Assembly: GCA_030649895.1 (NCBI GenBank)
Contig: JAUSEX010000045.1
Location: forward strand, 17,875 to 81,874
Origin: Candidatus Omnitrophota bacterium
GTDB taxonomy: Bacteria; Omnitrophota; Gorgyraeia; Gorgyraeales; Gorgyraeaceae
Reading direction: 5' to 3'
Length of the DNA stretch: 64,000 bases
Shown: piece by piece, positions 20,646 to 30,286 of the stretch
How the letters are laid out: each line of letters begins with the position of its first letter
Numbering within the stretch: position 1 is the first letter of the stretch
Position numbers and translations under genes: made by a program
The notes under the pieces: model-generated
Told to the model about the DNA's origin: nothing
Databases searched by the model: none
Seen by the model: the letters and a program-made list of their open reading frames with translations, nothing else

Positions 20646-21523
20646 ATTGCCATCTCGTCAACAGGCGCGTCCCAGAATCTTCTGAATATCAGCCATTGCT
20701 CAGGATACAGCCTTATATATTTTTCCATAACAGCTACGAATTTATAGCTTGCCTGCTTTATTATTTCATCCTTATCCACCCCGGGTGTTTCCTTTACTTC
20801 TATCGGAGCGCTGAATATAAGTTTATAATTAAAGGAATCCTGCCTAATAAACATGCCCGGTATGATAGGTGAATTGGTTTTCAAAGCGAACATGGCAGGA
20901 CCTTTTGGGATGCTTGTGGGTATGCCAAAAAAATCCATCACCACGCCGCTATCTGTAAAATCTCTGTCGCCCGCAAGCGCCAGCAGGCCTTTTCTCCGCA
21001 AGACTGATACGCAGCGTTTCATGCTATGATCTATCGGAATTACCTTCAATCCTTTATCTTCGCGTTGTTTTATAAAAAAATCATTTATATTTTTGTGCCT
21101 GTGATTTAGGGCGACAGCGCTTATATCATAACCCAGCATTGCCATGGTAACCCCGCCCATTTCCCAGTTACCGATATGGCATGTCAGGATAATTCCGCCC
21201 CTGTTCTGCTTTAAAACCCCGTCTATAATTTCAAGCCCTTCCACCTTTACCCTTCTTTCCATCTCTTCCTTGCTTAGATTCTGCATCCTGAAAAAATCCA
21301 CAAGATACAGCCCAAAATTTCTAAACACCTTTCTGGCAAGTTTCTGGCTTTCCTCGGCATTTTTCTTTGTTATAATGCCCAAGTTCTGCGCCACGGCATT
21401 CCTGTCTCTTTTAGAGACCGCGTACTGAATATCGGAAACCCTCTTCGCCAGGCTGTAGGCAAGTTTCAGAGGTAATGTATTCGCCACAAAATAGCCTATC
21501 CTGTATAAAATATAAAATATCAT
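20642..21523 (-). CDS. Lipid A biosynthesis-type lysophospholipid acyltransferase (LpxL/HtrB family)
   Basis: 293 aa; the HIGNWE catalytic motif (ILTCHIGNWEMGG). Confidence 0.75.
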   Translation of the reverse strand: MIFYILYRIGYFVANTLPLKLAYSLAKRVSDIQYAVSKRDRNAVAQNLGIITKKNAEESQKLARKVFRNFGLYLVDFFRMQNLSKEEMERRVKVEGLEIIDGVLKQNRGGIILTCHIGNWEMGGVTMAMLGYDISAVALNHRHKNINDFFIKQREDKGLKVIPIDHSMKRCVSVLRRKGLLALAGDRDFTDSGVVMDFFGIPTSIPKGPAMFALKTNSPIIPGMFIRQDSFNYKLIFSAPIEVKETPGVDKDEIIKQASYKFVAVMEKYIRLYPEQWLIFRRFWDAPVDEMAI

Positions 21524-22653
21524 TTTGTACTATCAATTGCGCGCAAAATAAGCTGCGCGATATCAGTTGCTGAGCTTGGTTTTTTTATCAGATCCGCTTT
21601 CCTGCTCATCTCATCCAGTTTTACGCTGTTTGAAAAAAGCTCCTGCACAAGAACCGCCACGTCGTCTTTATCTTCCGCTCTAAGCGCAACCTCCTGCTGC
21701 AGAAGAAAATCCGTATTCTTTGTCTCCTGCCCGGGTATCGGATGTATTATAATCATCGGAAGGTTTTTTGCGAGCGCTTCAGAAGTTGTCAATCCGCCAG
21801 GTTTTGTAATTATAAGGTCCGAAGCCTCCATCAATTCATCCACATTTTCTACAAGCCCGAAGGTCAGCATTTTTTTCTTATATCTTTTCACCTTTTTTAT
21901 TAACGCCTTTTCCAGCCGTTTATTTATCCCGCATATTACCAGGATTTGAAAATCGGCATTTATCCGCTCCAGAGCATCCACCATTTTTTCAACAGGCCCA
22001 AGACCCTGGCTCCCGCCCATTATAAGCACGGTCTTTTTACCTGCATCAAGGCCGATCTTCTTACGCGCCTCTTCTTTACCGCAGTTAACATGAAACTTCA
22101 GGTCGATCGGGATACCGAACGTCTTTATCCTCGCTTCGCTCACCCCATTTTTTATAAAATGATCTTTGCTTGCTTCAGACGGGACTATGTAATAATCAAC
22201 ATGATCGAATATCCAGTAAGAATGCGGGGCGTGGTCTGTCAAGACTCCAAAAAGCGGCAGGTTTAATCCCAGATATTTTTTATAATCCGCCACCATGCCG
22301 CAGGGGAAAGCCTGCGTGCACACAACCGCGTCAGGCTTGAATTCGTCTTCTATTAAGATCTTTAATTTTTTAGAGTTAGACCTGTGAATCGCAGCCCTCA
22401 TCCCCTGCACGCTTTTAAGCACCTTTGGATTATCGTAAAGATATTCCCATACCTCAGGCTTATTCCTGATGACGCTCATGTATGTCCTATTGATAAGTTT
22501 TTCAAAGAAAGGATTAGTGTAGGCAAAGCCATTGATGTTCATGGTGACTATGCCCGGGGAAAGCGTCTTCAAGGCGCTTTCAACCGCAAGGCTGGCTCTA
22601 TAGTGCCCTGAATTCGAGGTTATATACATTAAAAGAACTTTTTTATTACTCAT
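21520..22653 (-). CDS. MGDG-synthase-like / GT28 glycosyltransferase (diacylglycerol glycosyltransferase)
   Basis: 377 aa with a GT-B fold: an N-terminal MGDG_synth-like domain and a C-terminal Glyco_tran_28_C-like domain (…VLIMGGSQGLGP…). Confidence 0.7.
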   Translation of the reverse strand: MSNKKVLLMYITSNSGHYRASLAVESALKTLSPGIVTMNINGFAYTNPFFEKLINRTYMSVIRNKPEVWEYLYDNPKVLKSVQGMRAAIHRSNSKKLKILIEDEFKPDAVVCTQAFPCGMVADYKKYLGLNLPLFGVLTDHAPHSYWIFDHVDYYIVPSEASKDHFIKNGVSEARIKTFGIPIDLKFHVNCGKEEARKKIGLDAGKKTVLIMGGSQGLGPVEKMVDALERINADFQILVICGINKRLEKALIKKVKRYKKKMLTFGLVENVDELMEASDLIITKPGGLTTSEALAKNLPMIIIHPIPGQETKNTDFLLQQEVALRAEDKDDVAVLVQELFSNSVKLDEMSRKADLIKKPSSATDIAQLILRAIDSTK

Positions 22654-22684
22654 AAATAAAACCGCATAGGTGGCCGTAGGCCTC

Positions 22685-23851
22685 CTACGCGGTTGGGGTG
22701 GCTCTTAAAAAATGTTCTATGCGCTCGGTTGCCTCTTTAAGATTATCCATGCTGGAAGCGTAAGCGATCCTGATATAGCCTGCTCCTTGCTCGCCAAACG
22801 CAGTGCCCGGAACTACCGCAACCTTTTCTTTATACAACAAATCTTTTGCGAATTCCACAGAGCTCATGCCTGTATTTTTGATAGACGCGAAGATATAGAA
22901 AGTACCTTCCGGCATGCGGCAGCTAAGCCCCATTTCGTTGAGTTTCGATACAATAAATTCCCTGCGCCTTTTATATTCCCTTTTCATCTCAAGCACAGGG
23001 CCGCTGGAGCCTCTAAGCGCTTCTATTGCGCCCAGCTGGCCCATAATAGGCGCGCACAGCATCGTATACTGATGGATCTTTGTCATCGCGCTTATTATTT
23101 CTTCGGGCCCGCATGCATAACCTACGCGCCAGCCTGTCATCGCATACGCCTTTGAGAAACCATTCAGATATATTGTCCTCTGTTTCATGCCCGGTAGAGT
23201 AGGCAGAGCGGTATGCGCAAAATCATAGGTAAGCTCGTCATAAATCTCGTCGCTTATCACAATGAGGTCATTATCCACAAAAATTTTAGAAAGGGCTAGA
23301 AGCTCTTTTCTTGTATAAGATACGCCCGTGGGATTCGCAGGATAATTTATGACAATCGCCTTTGCGCCCTTTGAAACATATTTTTTCAGGAGCCCCGGGG
23401 TTAATTTAAAACCATCCGCTTCGTTTGTTTTTACCAATATAACCTTGCCGCCCGCAAGCTCGCTTACAGGATCGTAAGATACATACGAAGGGTCGGGAAT
23501 CAGGATCTTATCCCCTTTATTCAATATAGCTCTCAAGGCAAGGTCAACTGCCTCGCTGACGCCCGTAGTAACCAGAATATTGCTGTCAGGATCATAAGAA
23601 AGCGAAAATTTATTCTTGAGATGCCTGGTTATGGCAAATCTCAGATCGTATAGGCCCTTATTTGACGTATAAGACGTGTAACCTTTCTCCAGGGAAAATA
23701 TCGCAGATTCGCATATATTCCACGGAGTAGCAAAATCCGGCTCTCCTACGCCAAGGGAAATAACATCCTTCATGCCTATCACGAGATCAAAAAATTCTCT
23801 TATACCTGACGGCTTTATTTTCTCGACTACGTTAGAAATCATTTTTTTCAT
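22685..23851 (-). CDS. Pyridoxal-phosphate-dependent class I aminotransferase
   Basis: PLP-lysine motif NGFSKAYAMTGWRVGY. Start moved to MKKMISNV (ATG at 23851); the start is uncertain. Confidence 0.8.
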   Translation of the reverse strand: MKKMISNVVEKIKPSGIREFFDLVIGMKDVISLGVGEPDFATPWNICESAIFSLEKGYTSYTSNKGLYDLRFAITRHLKNKFSLSYDPDSNILVTTGVSEAVDLALRAILNKGDKILIPDPSYVSYDPVSELAGGKVILVKTNEADGFKLTPGLLKKYVSKGAKAIVINYPANPTGVSYTRKELLALSKIFVDNDLIVISDEIYDELTYDFAHTALPTLPGMKQRTIYLNGFSKAYAMTGWRVGYACGPEEIISAMTKIHQYTMLCAPIMGQLGAIEALRGSSGPVLEMKREYKRRREFIVSKLNEMGLSCRMPEGTFYIFASIKNTGMSSVEFAKDLLYKEKVAVVPGTAFGEQGAGYIRIAYASSMDNLKEATERIEHFLRATPTA

Positions 23852-23938
23852 ATTTTTGAGATTGTTTTGTAGCTTCGCTCCCCGCAATAACATTTTTACG
23901 CGTCATTGCGATCAAAACGAAGCAATCTATTTTTTACC

Positions 23939-24424
23939 TTAGAATGATATTGCTATTCTATTATTCCGCTCAATGCGTTTTAAAATATCCCCGTCCGCCT
24001 TGTATCTTTTAAGAATAAAATGCGTAACAGTGCTATTGACATTATCTATTGTAGCCAGCCTCTCTGAAACAAAACTGCTGACTTCCTGTATATCCTTGCC
24101 TTCAACCACCAATAAAAGATCGTAAGACCCGGACAATAGATAACAGCTTTTAACCTCGGGAAACCTGTATATCCTTTCAGCTATATGGTCAAAACCATGG
24201 CCTCTTTGAGGCGCAATCCTTACCTCTATCAGAGCCCTGACCTTTTGCACGTCGTCCTTTAATATATCCCTATTGACCACTGTTTTGTATTTAACTATAA
24301 CGCCCTCTTTTTCGTATTTTTTAATAGCGCTTTTTACCACAGCTACGCTTTTTTTAAGCATCTTTGCTATTTCCTCGGGCGTTGTCCTTGCGTCTTTTTC
24401 CAAAATCTCCAGTATTTCTTTCAT
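23939..24424 (-). CDS. Lrp/AsnC-family transcriptional regulator
   Basis: 161 aa with an N-terminal HTH (ILEKDARTTPEEIAKMLKKS) and a C-terminal RAM domain. Confidence 0.85.
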   Translation of the reverse strand: MKEILEILEKDARTTPEEIAKMLKKSVAVVKSAIKKYEKEGVIVKYKTVVNRDILKDDVQKVRALIEVRIAPQRGHGFDHIAERIYRFPEVKSCYLLSGSYDLLLVVEGKDIQEVSSFVSERLATIDNVNSTVTHFILKRYKADGDILKRIERNNRIAISF

Positions 24425-24435
24425 ATCTCCTCCGG

Positions 24436-24528
24436 GTTCTTCTCGACTCCGCTCACTACGTTCACTACGCTCGAAGAATATCCTTCGACAAGCTCAGGAC
24501 ATGTTGTTCGAGCGAGGCCAACATCGCC
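24436..24528. repeat. Family A repeat element, intergenic
   Basis: TTCTTCTCGACTCCGCTCACTACG...CGCTCGAAGAATATCC...GTTGTTCGAGCGAGGCC. Confidence 0.75.
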
Positions 24529-24532
24529 ATAT

Positions 24533-24763
24533 TTATTCTATGATTGCCAGCGCTTGTCCGACCTTAACAGTATCTCCTTCCTGCGCTACTTTCTTTTTCA
24601 AAATACCTGAAAAGTTACATGGCACATTAAACGCTGCCTTGTCAGTAGCCATTTCCACTATTTCATCGCCTTCTTTAATACTGTCTCCCTCTTTAAAATG
24701 CCAGAAAGAAACCACTGCCTCGTTAACCCCTTCCGCCAACTCTGGTAATTTTAATTCTGCCAT
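24533..24763 (-). CDS. Stand-alone lipoyl-attachment (biotin/lipoyl) domain protein, ~76 aa
   Basis: MAELKLPELAEGVNEAVVSFWHFKEGDSIKEGDEIVEMATDKAAFNVP...ILKKKV..GDTVKVGQALAII is a lipoyl domain with the lipoyl-lysine in ETDKA context. ATG at 24763 after GGGAGG. Confidence 0.75.
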   Translation of the reverse strand: MAELKLPELAEGVNEAVVSFWHFKEGDSIKEGDEIVEMATDKAAFNVPCNFSGILKKKVAQEGDTVKVGQALAIIE

Positions 24764-24799
24764 TCCGCCTCCCAACCTTATTACGTTTCGTAAGCGTCT

Positions 24800-25669
24800 C
24801 TATTCTGTATACGAACTTCTGACAAGCGGGCCGCAATAATATTTTTTAAAGCCCTCTTCTTTCGCCCATTCTGAAAATTTATCAAATTCTCCGGGCTCTA
24901 AAAACTCCTCTACATCCAGGCAATCTACCCCGGGCTTTAAATACTGGCCTATTGTAATTATATCGCAACCTGCTTCTCTCAGGTCCCTCATCGTTTCGCG
25001 AATCTCTTCCCTGAATTCTCCAAGGCCTGCCATAATACCGCTTTTTGTAACTACTTCGCTATCCAGTTCCTTAACATATCTCAGCACATCTAAAGAACGG
25101 CCATAATCTGCGCCTGATCTCACTTTATTATAAAGCCTCGGTACGGTTTCTAAATTATGAGAAAAAATATCTGGTTTAGCCGCTACTACTTTCTCAATCG
25201 ACCTTTTGTTTCCAATAAAATCCGGGACAAGCGCTTCTATCTTTAAATCCCTGCCTGCGCTTCTTAAAATATCTATACAATCTGCAAAATAGCCTGCGCC
25301 TCCATCGCTCAGGTCATCCCTTGTAACAGAAGTAATCACTATATTTTTGATATCCAGCTTTTTAACCGCTTCTTTTATTTTCAAAAGCTCTCTTTTATCA
25401 GGATATTTTAATTCAGCGCCGCTTTTTTCTACGGCGCAAAACCTGCAAGACCTGGTGCATATTTTACCGAGTATTAAAAATGTACACCTTTTGACAGAAA
25501 AACAATCGTATATATTAGGGCAGCGGCCGCTCTGACATACCGTATTAAGCCCGAGACTGGAAATAAGTTCTTTTGTCCTTGTGAAATCTTCATTGCCTCT
25601 TACAGGCCGCCTCAGCCAGTACGGGAATCTCTTTGAACGAGTCTCTGAGTTTAAGCTTTGCGTCTTCAA
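24800..25669 (-). CDS. lipA: Lipoyl synthase
   Basis: N-terminal auxiliary cluster CQSGRCPN and radical SAM CTRSCRFC. Confidence 0.95.
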   Translation of the reverse strand: MKTQSLNSETRSKRFPYWLRRPVRGNEDFTRTKELISSLGLNTVCQSGRCPNIYDCFSVKRCTFLILGKICTRSCRFCAVEKSGAELKYPDKRELLKIKEAVKKLDIKNIVITSVTRDDLSDGGAGYFADCIDILRSAGRDLKIEALVPDFIGNKRSIEKVVAAKPDIFSHNLETVPRLYNKVRSGADYGRSLDVLRYVKELDSEVVTKSGIMAGLGEFREEIRETMRDLREAGCDIITIGQYLKPGVDCLDVEEFLEPGEFDKFSEWAKEEGFKKYYCGPLVRSSYTE

Positions 25670-26231
25670 TATCCACTCTTTCTTTCAATAAAACTTTCAG
25701 CGAAGTAATTTTTACTCCGTCAATGCCGCAGGGCTTTATGAACGAAAAAGGCTTTAGGTCTAGATTAATATTGATTGCCATCCCATGATAAGTAACCCAC
25801 TTTTTAATGCCTATCCCTATCGAACCGATTTTCTCATCTTTAACCCAGACGCCTCTTAATCCAGGTCTCGCCTCGGCCTCTATCCCATATTTACTTAAAA
25901 AATTTATCCCTACCTCTTCTAAAAATCTCAAAAAACCATGCATATCCCTGGCTTCGTTTTCTAATTTAAAAATCGGGTAGGCTATCAATTGTCCCGGCCC
26001 GTGATAAGTTACATCCCCGCCCCTGTCAATATTCAGAACCTCGATACCTCCGGCTTTGAACACATTTTTATCCGAGCCTTTTCTCCCTATTGTTATAACG
26101 CTTTTATGTTCCGTGATTATCAGCGTATTGCCGCTTGTCCTGTCAGCTACTTGTTCCAAAATATCTCGCTGAAATCTGTAAGCCTCTTTATAATCGCTTA
26201 CTCCTAAATCTATATATCTCATATGAGCCAA
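25590..26231 (-). CDS. lipB: Octanoyl-[acyl carrier] : protein N-octanoyltransferase
   Basis: 213 aa, LipB/LplA-family fold (…RGGDVTYHGPGQLIAYPI…). The 3' end overlaps the lipA start by about 80 nt. Confidence 0.85.
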   Translation of the reverse strand: MAHMRYIDLGVSDYKEAYRFQRDILEQVADRTSGNTLIITEHKSVITIGRKGSDKNVFKAGGIEVLNIDRGGDVTYHGPGQLIAYPIFKLENEARDMHGFLRFLEEVGINFLSKYGIEAEARPGLRGVWVKDEKIGSIGIGIKKWVTYHGMAININLDLKPFSFIKPCGIDGVKITSLKVLLKERVDIEDAKLKLRDSFKEIPVLAEAACKRQ

Positions 26232-26237
26232 ATCAGG

Positions 26238-27494
26238 TCAGGGGCGAATCTGGCCTGAGCCGAGGATAATATATTTATAAATGCAAAGTTCTTCTAGCGC
26301 CATTGGACCGCGGGCGTGAATCTTATCTGTGCTGATACCGATTTCAGCTCCCATTCCAAACTGATACCCATCTGTAAATCTTGTGGACGCATTATGATAG
26401 ACGCACGCGGAATCCACCTCTTTTAAAAATCCCTGGGCAGCTGATTTATTATCAGTAACAATCGCATCCGAATGCCTGGAGCCATATTTATTTATATGCC
26501 CGACTGCCTCGTCCACGCTCTTTACGACTTTGATTGCCAGGATTAAATCCAGGTATTCTTCGTACCAGTCTTTGTCCGCGGCATTTTTTATACCTTTTAG
26601 AATTTTTAATGTCTGGGAACATCCCCTTAATTCCACGCCTTTATCGTCTAAGACCCTGGCTGCTTGAGGTAAAAATTCACGCGCTATATCCTTATGAACC
26701 AGCATCTTTTCAATGGCGTTGCAAACCCCTGGCCGCTGGACCTTTGCGTTGAGCATAATATCCAGGGCCATCCCAATATCAGCATCCTTATCAACATACA
26801 GATGACATACGCCTTTATAATGCTTTATTACGGGAATTAGCGAGTTTTCCGCAACATATCTTATAAGGCCTTCTCCGCCTCTTGGAATAACCACGTCTAT
26901 AAAACTATCCTGTTTCAACAAAAATTCCACCGCAGACCTGTCAGTCACATCGATCATGACAACAGCAGCTTCAGGTATGTCGAATTCTGCAAGGCATTCC
27001 GTGATTACTTTATGGATTGCGACATTGGAATTTATGGCCTCGCTGCCGCCTCTTAAGACGCACGCATTCCCTGACTTAAGCGAAAGGCCTGCCGAATCGC
27101 TTGTAACATTCGGCCTCGACTCATATATTATCCCTATAACGCCTATAGGGACAGAGACTTTTTTTATGATAAGCCCGTTCGGCCTTTTCCATTGCTTAAG
27201 AATTTTGCCAACCGGATCTTCTAAAGCCGCAACCTGCTTTAAGGAATCCGCCATTTCCTTTATGCGTTCTTCCGTAAGGATTAATCTGTCAATCAGCGTT
27301 TTTGAAAGGCCGGTTTTATTTGCCAGAGCCACGTCTTTTGCGTTTTCCGACAAAAGATATTTTGTATTTTTCAGGAGCGCTGAAGCCATGGCCAAAAGCG
27401 CCCTGTCTTTATCCCTGGCGGAAATATTGCTAAGTTTAAACGACGCTTCTTTTGCGGCTTTTAATTTTTTTATAATTTTGTCTTTCAGCGTCAT
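26238..27494 (-). CDS. proA: Gamma-glutamyl phosphate reductase
   Basis: 418 aa; aldehyde dehydrogenase-like with the ProA motifs. Confidence 0.9.
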   Translation of the reverse strand: MTLKDKIIKKLKAAKEASFKLSNISARDKDRALLAMASALLKNTKYLLSENAKDVALANKTGLSKTLIDRLILTEERIKEMADSLKQVAALEDPVGKILKQWKRPNGLIIKKVSVPIGVIGIIYESRPNVTSDSAGLSLKSGNACVLRGGSEAINSNVAIHKVITECLAEFDIPEAAVVMIDVTDRSAVEFLLKQDSFIDVVIPRGGEGLIRYVAENSLIPVIKHYKGVCHLYVDKDADIGMALDIMLNAKVQRPGVCNAIEKMLVHKDIAREFLPQAARVLDDKGVELRGCSQTLKILKGIKNAADKDWYEEYLDLILAIKVVKSVDEAVGHINKYGSRHSDAIVTDNKSAAQGFLKEVDSACVYHNASTRFTDGYQFGMGAEIGISTDKIHARGPMALEELCIYKYIILGSGQIRP

Positions 27495-27515
27495 ATGCGC
27501 CTCGCTTCTCGACTA

Positions 27516-27580
27516 GGCCTTCGGGCCTCGCTCGAAGAATATTCGATATTGTTCGAGCGAACAAAGTGAGTTGAGAACTA
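27516..27580. repeat. Family A repeat element between proA and proB
   Basis: TTCTCGACTAGGCCTTCGGGCCTCGCTCGAAGAATATTCGATATTGTTCGAGCGAACAAAGTGAGTTGAGAACT. Confidence 0.85.
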
Positions 27581-28411
27581 TAAAGCTACCCGATTTATCG
27601 CTTCTTCGTAAAAATCCTTGCCTGTTATTTTATTCTCATGGGCCTGGAAAAGCGTCCCAATCTTATCCCCTCTTAAGATCTTTAAAAGTATATCTTTTTC
27701 CCTGCCATTGGCTATAACGCAATCTATGCCTGATTTAACAGCTATCTTCGCAGCGTCTATTTTTGTCTTCATCCCTCCCCTGGAACATTCTTTATCAGTG
27801 CCGCACGCAAGATTTTCAATGCTTGAACTTATTTCCTTCACTACGCTAGCTACGGTTTTCTTATGGTCTATGTATAAACCGCCCACATCTGTGAGCATAA
27901 TCAATAAATCAGCTGACACGAGGCTCGCCACAAGAGCCGAGAGCTTATCATTGTCGCCAAACTTTATTTCATCCACAGATACGGTATCATTTTCGTTTAT
28001 AACAGGCACAATTTTTTTCTTCAAAAGCGTGTGCAGGGTATTTTCCGCGTTAAGATACCTGCGTTTTTCCCTTATGTCTTCCCACGTTAAAAGTATCTGC
28101 GCGGTATGAAAACCTTTTTTCTTGAAAAATTCTTCATACGTTTTCATTAAATATCCCTGGCCCAGCGCTGCGCACGCCTGCTGCTCAGGTAAGCTATTCG
28201 GCCTCTTCTTCATGCCCAATAATCCCATGCCCGCAGCAATAGCGCCAGAAGAAACTATGACCACCTGATTGCCCTGCTTGACTAAAACCACTACCTGTTC
28301 AGCGAAATTCTTTATCCATCTCTCGTCAAGCTTAAGCCCTTTTGCCGTCAGGACGCTTGCGCCAACTTTTACAACTATCCGTTTTGCTTTTTTTATTTTT
28401 TTTCTTTCCAT
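27578..28411 (-). CDS. proB: Glutamate 5-kinase (short form without a PUA domain)
   Basis: MERKKIKKAKRIVVKVGASVLT... Start trimmed because the track N-terminus (..DILRARPEAPSREV..) is a read-through of the family A repeat at 28427..28541. Confidence 0.85.
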   Translation of the reverse strand: MERKKIKKAKRIVVKVGASVLTAKGLKLDERWIKNFAEQVVVLVKQGNQVVIVSSGAIAAGMGLLGMKKRPNSLPEQQACAALGQGYLMKTYEEFFKKKGFHTAQILLTWEDIREKRRYLNAENTLHTLLKKKIVPVINENDTVSVDEIKFGDNDKLSALVASLVSADLLIMLTDVGGLYIDHKKTVASVVKEISSSIENLACGTDKECSRGGMKTKIDAAKIAVKSGIDCVIANGREKDILLKILRGDKIGTLFQAHENKITGKDFYEEAINRVAL

Positions 28412-28426
28412 AGGATTATCTGACAC

Positions 28427-28541
28427 TTCTCGACTCGGCGCTTCAGGCCTCGCTCGAAGAATATCCTTCGGCAAGCTCAGGACATGTTGTTCGAGAAAAT
28501 CTTTCTGCTTCGCTCAGGGTAAACTTTATAAGTCAAGAACT
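28427..28541. repeat. Family A repeat element between proB and obg
   Basis: TTCTCGACTCGGCGCTTCAGGCCTCGCTCGAAGAATATCC...GTTGTTCGAG...AGTCAAGAACT. Confidence 0.8.
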
Positions 28542-29493
28542 ACAGTTTCTTATACACAGCTTCCAATAATTCTTTTATCCCTTCTCCCGTAACGCAGGAT
28601 ACAGGATAAACGGTTTTTTTTATTTTTTTCCTGAATGCCTTTAGATTTTCCTTTGCTTCGGGAATGTCCATTTTATTTACCGCGATCACCTGGGGCCTTT
28701 TCCCAAGCTCCGGATTGTACAGCTTCAATTCATTATTTATAGAATTAAAGTCATCTACGGGGTTCCTGCAATCCGACCCGGCCATGTCTATCATATGAAT
28801 CAGGGCCCTTGTGCGCTCTACGTGCCGCAAAAAATCATCTCCCAGGCCTTTTCCGGCGTGCGCGCCTTCTATCAATCCCGGGATATCGCAAATAACAAAG
28901 CTTCTTTCGTCGCTTAACTTCACTACGCCCAGAATAGGCGTTTTCGTAGTAAACGGATAATTGGCTATTTTTGACTTTGCCTTTGATACGACCGAAATCA
29001 AGCTTGACTTCCCCGCATTAGGATAGCCGATTATACCTACGTCAGCTATTAATTTCAGCTCCAGCGTTATTTCTTTTTCCTCGCCCGGATCTCCAGCCGT
29101 AGCTAGCCTGAACTTGGAATTGCCGTGGCCTCCTGCGCCGCCTTTTATAAGGACTACGGACTGGCCGTCATCTTTTAAATCGCAATAAGTAATATCTTCG
29201 TACCTGTCCCTGACAATTGTGCCGAGCGGAAGCCTTATGACGCAGCCATCTGCATTCGCGCCTTTTTTATTGTTGCCGGAGCCGTTCAAGCCTTTGTCAG
29301 CCCTGAAATGTTTGCGAAAATGAAAATCAATAAGGGTCTGGACATTTTTATCAGCTATCAGCGTTATATCCCCGCCCTTGCCGCCATCTCCTCCATCCTG
29401 CCTCTTTTTAAGGCCCTTTATCTTGCAAAAACTATTAGAGCCGTCTCCTCCGTCCCCTGCCTGCACAAAAATATCCGCTCTATCTATAAACAT
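28540..29493 (-). CDS. obg: GTPase Obg (minimal form: Obg fold plus G domain)
   Basis: MFIDRADIFVQAGDGGDGSNSF, G1 GYPNAGKSSLIS, G3 DIPGLIEGA. Confidence 0.9.
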   Translation of the reverse strand: MFIDRADIFVQAGDGGDGSNSFCKIKGLKKRQDGGDGGKGGDITLIADKNVQTLIDFHFRKHFRADKGLNGSGNNKKGANADGCVIRLPLGTIVRDRYEDITYCDLKDDGQSVVLIKGGAGGHGNSKFRLATAGDPGEEKEITLELKLIADVGIIGYPNAGKSSLISVVSKAKSKIANYPFTTKTPILGVVKLSDERSFVICDIPGLIEGAHAGKGLGDDFLRHVERTRALIHMIDMAGSDCRNPVDDFNSINNELKLYNPELGKRPQVIAVNKMDIPEAKENLKAFRKKIKKTVYPVSCVTGEGIKELLEAVYKKL

Positions 29494-29502
29494 GTTCCAT
29501 CC

Positions 29503-29572
29503 TTCTCGACTTCGCTCGAAGAATATTATTCAAGCGAGTCCCAACAAAACAAGCCGGGACAAGTTAAGAACC
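29503..29572. repeat. Family A repeat, half-element, between obg and rpmA
   Basis: TTCTCGACTTCGCTCGAAGAATATTATTCAAGCGAGTCC...GTTAAGAACC. Confidence 0.7.
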
Positions 29573-29805
29573 TATATTACGTTAACCTTACGATATCCGA
29601 ATTTAACGGTTCCGGCTTTAAGGGCAAACAAAGTGTTATCCTTGCCAATACCTACCCCAAGGCCAGGGAAAAATTTTGTCCCTTTCTGCCTTATGATAAT
29701 GCTCCCCGCGGTCACAACCTGGCCTGCAAAACGCTTTACGCCAAGCCTTTGCCCGTTTGAATCTTTTCCGTTTTTACAACTTCCTTGAGCTTTAGTATGC
29801 GCCAT
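29572..29805 (-). CDS. rpmA: 50S ribosomal protein L27
   Basis: [29 protein letters not shown]. Confidence 0.95.
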   Translation of the reverse strand: MAHTKAQGSCKNGKDSNGQRLGVKRFAGQVVTAGSIIIRQKGTKFFPGLGVGIGKDNTLFALKAGTVKFGYRKVNVI

Positions 29806-29885
29806 TTTATCCTCTCAAATTTTGCAAAACAAAATTTTACCCCGAGCCGCTTTTATACTCCTGTATATGCGGAGAGGGACCTTTT

Positions 29886-30200
29886 TTATACTACTATCTC
29901 TTTCACTTTCAATATGACATATCCCTGCCTGTGGCCGATTTTTTTCTTAGAGCTCGCATGTCTGCGCCTGTACCTGAAAGAGATCACCTTTTTGTCGCGT
30001 TTCTCTCCCAGGACATCGCAAACCACATGGGCGCCTTTCACATAAGGGTTCCCGACAGTCGCATCTTTCTTGTCTGAGATAAAAAGAACCTTGTCCAATT
30101 TCACCTCTTTTGCCTTCCCTAGCTCCAGCCTCTCGACCTCAATTGTATCGTTTTTCGCTACCTTGTACTGCTTTGAACCTGTTTCAACTATTGCGTACAT
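29886..30200 (-). CDS. rplU: 50S ribosomal protein L21
   Basis: MYAIVETGSKQYKV... Confidence 0.95.
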   Translation of the reverse strand: MYAIVETGSKQYKVAKNDTIEVERLELGKAKEVKLDKVLFISDKKDATVGNPYVKGAHVVCDVLGEKRDKKVISFRYRRRHASSKKKIGHRQGYVILKVKEIVV

Positions 30201-30286
30201 TTTACCCCCTCGTAAGGTAGATGACAGCCACTGACCATCCTCTACGTTTACATTATTTAAAAATATTGATTATACAACAAAACTAC

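Noticed and set aside
22685-28474. Long N-terminal extensions in the ORF track (e.g. aminotransferase MLLRGAKLQNN..., proB MPKDILRARPEAPSREV..., DUF2344 MYSQNVRSNIIILRAVTRV..., anti-sigma MTEIRLPWSPKEATHG..., secreted protein MRICYASRVEKLS...)
   Set aside because: These extensions are the translation of adjacent family A or C repeats, which contain few stops. Starts were moved to the first ATG/GTG with an RBS and homology-consistent N-terminus.
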